DNA from: Sinorhizobium meliloti
Lineage (GTDB): Bacteria; Pseudomonadota; Alphaproteobacteria; Rhizobiales; Rhizobiaceae
Reading direction: 5' to 3'
NCBI RefSeq assembly: GCF_017876815.1
Contig: NZ_JAGIOS010000001.1
Span: 1,560,001 to 1,592,000, forward strand
Length of the DNA: 32,000 nucleotides
The position numbers were made by a program, and so were the translations under genes. Of the stretch, positions 27,397 through 32,000 are shown one piece after another. Numbering within the stretch: position 1 is the first letter of the stretch; each line of letters begins with the position of its first letter. The notes beneath the pieces are model-generated. The model saw only the letters and a program-made list of their open reading frames with translations, made no database searches and was not told the origin of the DNA.

Positions 27397-28326
27397 TCAG
27401 CTCCAGCTCGAGAAGAAACCCGGTCCGGCCTTGGCGCGGATACGCTCGCCGGCCTCCTGCCCAAGCCTTTCCGCGTCTGCCGCTCTGCCGTCGATTTCGA
27501 TCTGGTGGGAGGTGGTGCCGTCGGGCGTCAGGATCATGCCGGCAAAGCGGATATGTGTCCCGTCCGATTGCGCGTAGCCGGCGATCGGCGTGCGGCATGA
27601 GCCGTCGAGTGTCGCCAGGAAGCCGTGCTCGCAGGAAACCGCCTCGTGTGTGCGCGGATCGTCGATTGCCGCAAGCAGCGTGTTGATACGGTCGTCGCCG
27701 ATGCGGGCCTCGACGCAGATCGCGCCCTGGGCCGGCGCCGGCGGAAATTCTTCCGGATCAAGCAGCTCCGTCGGCACATGCTCCATGCCGAGCCGCCTTA
27801 GGCCGGCATAGGCCAGAAGCGTGCCGTCGACCTGACCTTCGGCAAGCTTGCGCAGGCGTGTCTCGACCTGTCCGCGATAGGTGATCACGTCGATATCGGG
27901 CCGAAGCCGCCGGATCAGCGCCTGACGGCGCAGCGAAGACGAGCCGACGGTGGCGCCTTGCGGGAGATCGACGAGCCTTTTGGCCGAGCGGCCGACAAAG
28001 GCGTCGCGGATGTCCTCGCGCGGCAGGAAAGCGGAAAGGAACAGCCCCTCAGGCAGCTTCGTCGGCATGTCCTTGGACGAATGCACGGCGAAGTCGAGGT
28101 CTCCCGACAGAAGCTGCTGCTCAAGCTCTTCGGTGAACAGGCCCTTGCCGCCGATCTCCGCAAGCGACCGGTCGGTGATCCGGTCGCCCTTCGTGGAAAG
28201 GATGACGATCTCGAACATTTCCGGCGGCAGACCATGTGCGGCGGCGAGCCGATCGCGCGTTTCATGCGTCTGGGCCATCGCCAGCGGGCTGCCGCGCGTG
28301 CCGATGCGGAAAGGTTTCGTTTGCAT
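27397..28326 (-). CDS. hemC: Hydroxymethylbilane synthase (porphobilinogen deaminase)
   Basis: 309 aa. Contains [14 protein letters not shown]. Confidence 0.95.
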   Translation of the reverse strand: MQTKPFRIGTRGSPLAMAQTHETRDRLAAAHGLPPEMFEIVILSTKGDRITDRSLAEIGGKGLFTEELEQQLLSGDLDFAVHSSKDMPTKLPEGLFLSAFLPREDIRDAFVGRSAKRLVDLPQGATVGSSSLRRQALIRRLRPDIDVITYRGQVETRLRKLAEGQVDGTLLAYAGLRRLGMEHVPTELLDPEEFPPAPAQGAICVEARIGDDRINTLLAAIDDPRTHEAVSCEHGFLATLDGSCRTPIAGYAQSDGTHIRFAGMILTPDGTTSHQIEIDGRAADAERLGQEAGERIRAKAGPGFFSSWS

Positions 28327-28406
28327 CCTTCGCCATCCGTTGTTACTGCATGCTTCCTTAAATCGGAACCGGTTTAGGACAAAACCATGCAGCAGTTCAA
28401 AGCGTT

Positions 28407-28444
28407 ACAGCGTCCCTTGTGCGTCTGAAGGCGCACGGCGCTGT
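28407..28444. repeat. Interrupted hairpin element in the hemC/tsaD divergent gap
   Basis: ACAGCG-tccctt-GTGCG-tctgaagg-CGCAC-gg-CGCTGT, preceded by ATGCAGCAGTTCAAAGCGTT. Confidence 0.5.
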
Positions 28445-28497
28445 TTGAGTTTCGTGTAGCCACCTTTCACTGCGACCGCAATCTTTGAGTATAGCAC

Positions 28498-29595
28498 GTG
28501 ACGTCCCCGCCTTTGCGCATCCTCGGCATTGAGACAAGCTGCGACGAAACCGCCGCTTCGGTCGTGCTGCGTGACGAAGAGGGCCGCGGCCGGATTCTCG
28601 GCGACGTGGTGCTGAGCCAGCTGGAAGAGCATAGTGCCTATGGCGGCGTCGTTCCCGAGATCGCGGCGCGCGCCCATGTCGAGGCGCTCGACGCGCTGAT
28701 CGAGGAAGCGCTCCTGCGCGCCGGCGTGACACTCCGGGACATCGACGCGGTCGCTGCGACAAGTGGTCCCGGCCTGATCGGCGGGCTCATCGTCGGGCTG
28801 ATGACCGGCAAGGCGATCGCGCGGGCGACCGGCAAGCCGCTCTATGCGGTCAATCATCTCGAAGGCCACGCGCTGACGGCGCGGCTGACCGACGGCCTTT
28901 CATTTCCCTATCTGATGCTGCTCGTCTCGGGCGGCCATACACAGCTGATCCTCGTCAAGGGCGTCGGCGAATACGAACGCTGGGGCACGACGATCGACGA
29001 TGCGCTCGGCGAGGCCTTCGACAAGACCGCAAAGCTGCTCGGTCTTCCCTATCCGGGCGGGCCGGCCGTCGAGCGGGCGGCGCAAGCCGGTAATGCGGAG
29101 CGCTTCGATTTTCCCCGGCCGCTCGTCGGCGACGCCAGGCTCGACTTTTCGTTTTCGGGCCTCAAGACCGCCGTCCGCCAGGCCGCACAGTCGCTGGGGC
29201 CGGTGACGGATCAGGATATCGCCGACGTCTGTGCCTCTTTTCAGCGCGCCATTTCCCGCACGCTCAGGGATCGGGTCGGGCGCGGCTTGAAGCGGTTCAG
29301 GGCGGACTTCGCCTCCGTCGACCAACCGGCTCTCGTCGTGGCCGGCGGGGTTGCCGCGAACCAGACATTGCGCCGGACACTGCAATCGCTTTGCGACGAG
29401 CACGGCTTCCGCTTCATCGCGCCGCCGCTCCAGCTTTGCACCGACAACGCGGCGATGATTGCGTGGGCCGGTGCGGAGCGCCTCGCGGCGGGCCTGCCGG
29501 CGGACGGGCTCGATGCAGCTCCGCGTTCGCGCTGGCCGCTCGATTCCGAAGCCAAGGCATTGATCGGCTCCGGCAGACGCGGCGCCAAGGCATGA
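28498..29595 (+). CDS. tsaD: tRNA N6-adenosine threonylcarbamoyltransferase
   Basis: GTG start. [16 protein letters not shown], with the GHxxxH region (VNHLEGHAL). 365 aa. Confidence 0.95.
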
Positions 29596-29605
29596 TGGAC
29601 AGAAG

Positions 29606-30607
29606 ATGAGCGGCAAATCGAAGAGCGCGCCAAAAATCGTGGTCGTCGGGGCGGGCGCCTTCGGAACGGCGCTTTCGGCCGTCGCGGCAGCGAAGGACAA
29701 GGCGAATGTCACTCTGCTTGCCCGCCGGGAAGAAGCGGCCGCGGAGTGTCGCCGTACCGGGCGGAATGACGCGGTTCTCCCGGGAATTCCGCTTCCCCCG
29801 GGCCTTGTCTATTCTTCGCAGGCGGCCGCGCTCGAAGACGCCGACATCGTCCTTTTCGCGATGCCTTCGCAAGCGCATCGGGACGCGGCGCGTAGCTACG
29901 GTCCCGCGATCGGCGCCAGGGCGATCGTCGTCACCTGCGCCAAGGGCATGGAGCAATCGACCGGCCAACTCCTCACCGACGTTCTCGAAGAGGAGTTGCC
30001 GGGCCGCCGCATCGGGGTGCTTTCCGGCCCGGGCTTTGCCGCCGATATCGCTAGCGGCCTGCCGACTGCCATGGTGATCGCCGCCCCCGATACGGCGATC
30101 GCGACGGAGCTTGCGGAGGCGCTTTCCGGGCGGACGTTCCGGCTCTATCCCTCGGCGGATCGCACCGGCGTTCAGCTTGGCGGGGCGCTCAAGAACGTGC
30201 TGGCGATCGCCTGCGGCATCGTCGAAGGCGCCGGTCTCGGCGACTCGGCCCGCGCTGCGCTGATCTCGCGCGGGCTTGCGGAAATGTCGCGCTTCATCGT
30301 TGCGAGAGGCGGCGAGGCGGACACGGTGCGCGGCCTTTCGGGATTGGGTGACCTCGTGCTGACCGCGACGAGCCACCAGTCGCGCAACCTGCGCTTCGGC
30401 ATAGCGCTCGGCAAGGACGGCCGGGCCGCGGCCGGAAGCAGCGAGCTGGTCGAGGGCGCCTTTGCCGCATCCGTCGCCGCCCGCGTGGCGGGCGCACTCG
30501 GCATCGAGATGCCGGTCACCGAGGCCGTCGCGGCCATCGTCGACGGAAAGCTGGATGTCCGCTCGGCCCTCGAACAACTGATGTCCAGACCGATCACCCA
30601 CGAATGA
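29606..30607 (+). CDS. gpsA: NAD(P)H-dependent glycerol-3-phosphate dehydrogenase
   Basis: [14 protein letters not shown] Rossmann motif and [13 protein letters not shown]. Confidence 0.95.
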
Positions 30608-30624
30608 TGTCTTCAGGAGGATCC

Positions 30625-30918
30625 ATGCTCTTCGCACTGCTCTGCACGGACAAGCCCGGCGCGCTGCAACTCAGGCTCGACACGCGGCCCGACCATGTCG
30701 CCTATCTCAACGACCTCAATGCCCGGGGCATCCTGAAGATCGCGGGGCCTTTCCTCGGCGCCGACGGCAAGCCGACGGGGAGCCTCGTGATCGTCAAGGC
30801 CGATACGCTCGAAGAGGCCAGGGCGCTCGCCGAGGCCGATCCCTATGCGAAGGTGGGTCTCTTCGCCAATGTCGAGATCAAGGCCTACAACTGGGTCTTC
30901 AACAATCCGGAGGCTTGA
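30625..30918 (+). CDS. YciI family protein
   Basis: ATG 30625 is preceded by AGGAGG. MLFALLCTDKPGALQLRLDTRPDHVAYL...ADPYAKVGLF. Confidence 0.85.
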   Translation: MLFALLCTDKPGALQLRLDTRPDHVAYLNDLNARGILKIAGPFLGADGKPTGSLVIVKADTLEEARALAEADPYAKVGLFANVEIKAYNWVFNNPEA

Positions 30919-30924
30919 GGGGCG

Positions 30925-31356
30925 ATGGCGTTCTGGCTCTACAAATCCGAACCGGCGAAATGGTCCTGGCAGATGCAGAAGGATGCCGGCGAGAAGGGCA
31001 CCGAATGGACGGGCGTGCGCAACTACCTGGCGCGCAACAACATGCGGGCGATGAAGATCGGCGACAAGGGCTTCTTCTATCACTCCAACGAGGGGCTCGA
31101 GATCGTCGGCATCACCGAGGTCTGCGCGTTGTCGCATCCGGATTCGACGGCCGAGGGCGACGCCCGCTGGGACTGCGTCGACATTCGCGCCGTCATGGAC
31201 ATTCCACGGCCGGTTTCACTCAAGGAAATCAAGGAAAATCCGAAGCTCGCCAAGATGTCGCTCGTTACGTCCATGCGCCTTTCGGTGCAGCCGGTGACGG
31301 ATGACGAGTGGATCGAGGTCTGCCGCATGGGCGGGCTGGACAATCCGCCCCGATAG
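30925..31356 (+). CDS. EVE (PUA-like) domain protein
   Basis: MAFWLYKSEPAKWSW...GVRNYLARNNMRAMKIGDKGFFYHSN..IVGI.EV. 143 aa. Confidence 0.85.
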   Translation: MAFWLYKSEPAKWSWQMQKDAGEKGTEWTGVRNYLARNNMRAMKIGDKGFFYHSNEGLEIVGITEVCALSHPDSTAEGDARWDCVDIRAVMDIPRPVSLKEIKENPKLAKMSLVTSMRLSVQPVTDDEWIEVCRMGGLDNPPR

Positions 31357-31370
31357 CGCCCCTGAATATC

Positions 31371-32000
31371 GTGAAGACCGATCCCGAAAGCTTCATCCGC
31401 GCCAACACCGACATTCTCGCGCCGCCGCACGTGCCGGAAATCCGCCTGCATCTTGCGGGAGAGGCGCATGAATTGTGGCTGAAGACCGAGGAAGAGCTGG
31501 AACGGATCGGGCTGCCGCCGCCCTTCTGGGCCTTCGCCTGGGCGGGCGGGCAGGGGCTTGCCCGCTATCTCCTCGATCATCCCGAGACGGTGCGCGGCCG
31601 CCGCGTCATCGATTTCGCCTCCGGTTCCGGCCTCGTCGCCATCGCGGCGAAGTTGGCCGGCGCCGATGAGGTCGTCGCCGCCGACATCGATCCTTGGTCC
31701 GAAACGGCCGCGCGGCTGAATGCCGGGCTCAACGGCGTATCGTTCGCCTTCACCGGCGACGATATCGTCGGCTCGGAACGGGCGGCCGACGTCTACCTCG
31801 CCGGAGACGTCTTCTACGACAAGAGCTTCGCCGATCTGCTTCTGCCCTGGTTCGAAGCGCTCGAACGCGCCGGTGCCGTCGTTCTCGTCGGCGATCCGGG
31901 CCGGGCCTATTGTCCACGCGGGCGGATGACTGACCTTGCGACCTACGAGGTACCGGTGACTCGGGCGCTCGAAGACAGCGAGGTGAAGCGCACGACCGTC
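31371..32000 (+). CDS. Class I SAM-dependent methyltransferase (COG3897-like), 3' end cut by window edge
   Basis: My translation from GTG 31371 reads VKTDPESFIRANTDILAPPHVPEIRLHLAGEAHELWLKTEEELERIGLPPPFWAFAWAGGQGLARYLLDHPETVRGRRVIDFASGSGLVAIAAKLAGADEVVAADIDPW.. The frame stays open to position 32000. VIDFASGSG is SAM motif I. No clear SD, so the start is uncertain. Confidence 0.75.
   Translation, partial: MKTDPESFIRANTDILAPPHVPEIRLHLAGEAHELWLKTEEELERIGLPPPFWAFAWAGGQGLARYLLDHPETVRGRRVIDFASGSGLVAIAAKLAGADEVVAADIDPWSETAARLNAGLNGVSFAFTGDDIVGSERAADVYLAGDVFYDKSFADLLLPWFEALERAGAVVLVGDPGRAYCPRGRMTDLATYEVPVTRALEDSEVKRTTV

Overview
High-GC alphaproteobacterial chromosome segment. Gene order and the palindromic intergenic repeats look Rhizobiaceae (Sinorhizobium/Ensifer-like); this is inference, no database search was possible. 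Most of the window is conserved housekeeping. From 1 to 10.1 kb a minus-strand run reads rplU-rpmA-two GNATs, then obgE-proB-proA-nadD-rsfS-rlmH-M23 peptidase-ctpA. Next come tRNA-Ser(CGA), an amidase, a KTSC protein and a Tat-exported PhoD preceded by a phased Pho-box-like array. These are followed by typA, a GNAT, a secreted hypothetical protein, ppa, yggT and an MFS transporter. A minus-strand cluster then reads hemC-hemD-Mic60-like-HemY-like-TerB-GATase, and a plus-strand run reads tsaD-gpsA-yciI-EVE-methyltransferase. I saw no rRNA, CRISPR array, integrase or transposase. The only accessory-looking piece is a ~2 kb islet directly 3' of tRNA-Ser (10.5-12.6 kb). It holds a DUF429-like RNase H-fold predicted nuclease with visibly atypical codon choice, a two-HTH protein and a 53-aa acidic ORF, the last two divergent around a 41-bp near-palindrome. 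This is my best candidate for an uncharacterised module, but the evidence is thin: there is no att repeat, no integrase and no recognisable partner enzymes. Other points worth a look are several dispersed intergenic repeat families, a CtrA-box-like TTAA-N7-TTAAC site, and a hemCD-linked Mic60/HemY pair. Many ORF-track entries are over-extended at the 5' end or are spurious antisense ORFs typical of high-GC DNA. I trimmed starts where an ATG or alternative start with a Shine-Dalgarno motif was visible.
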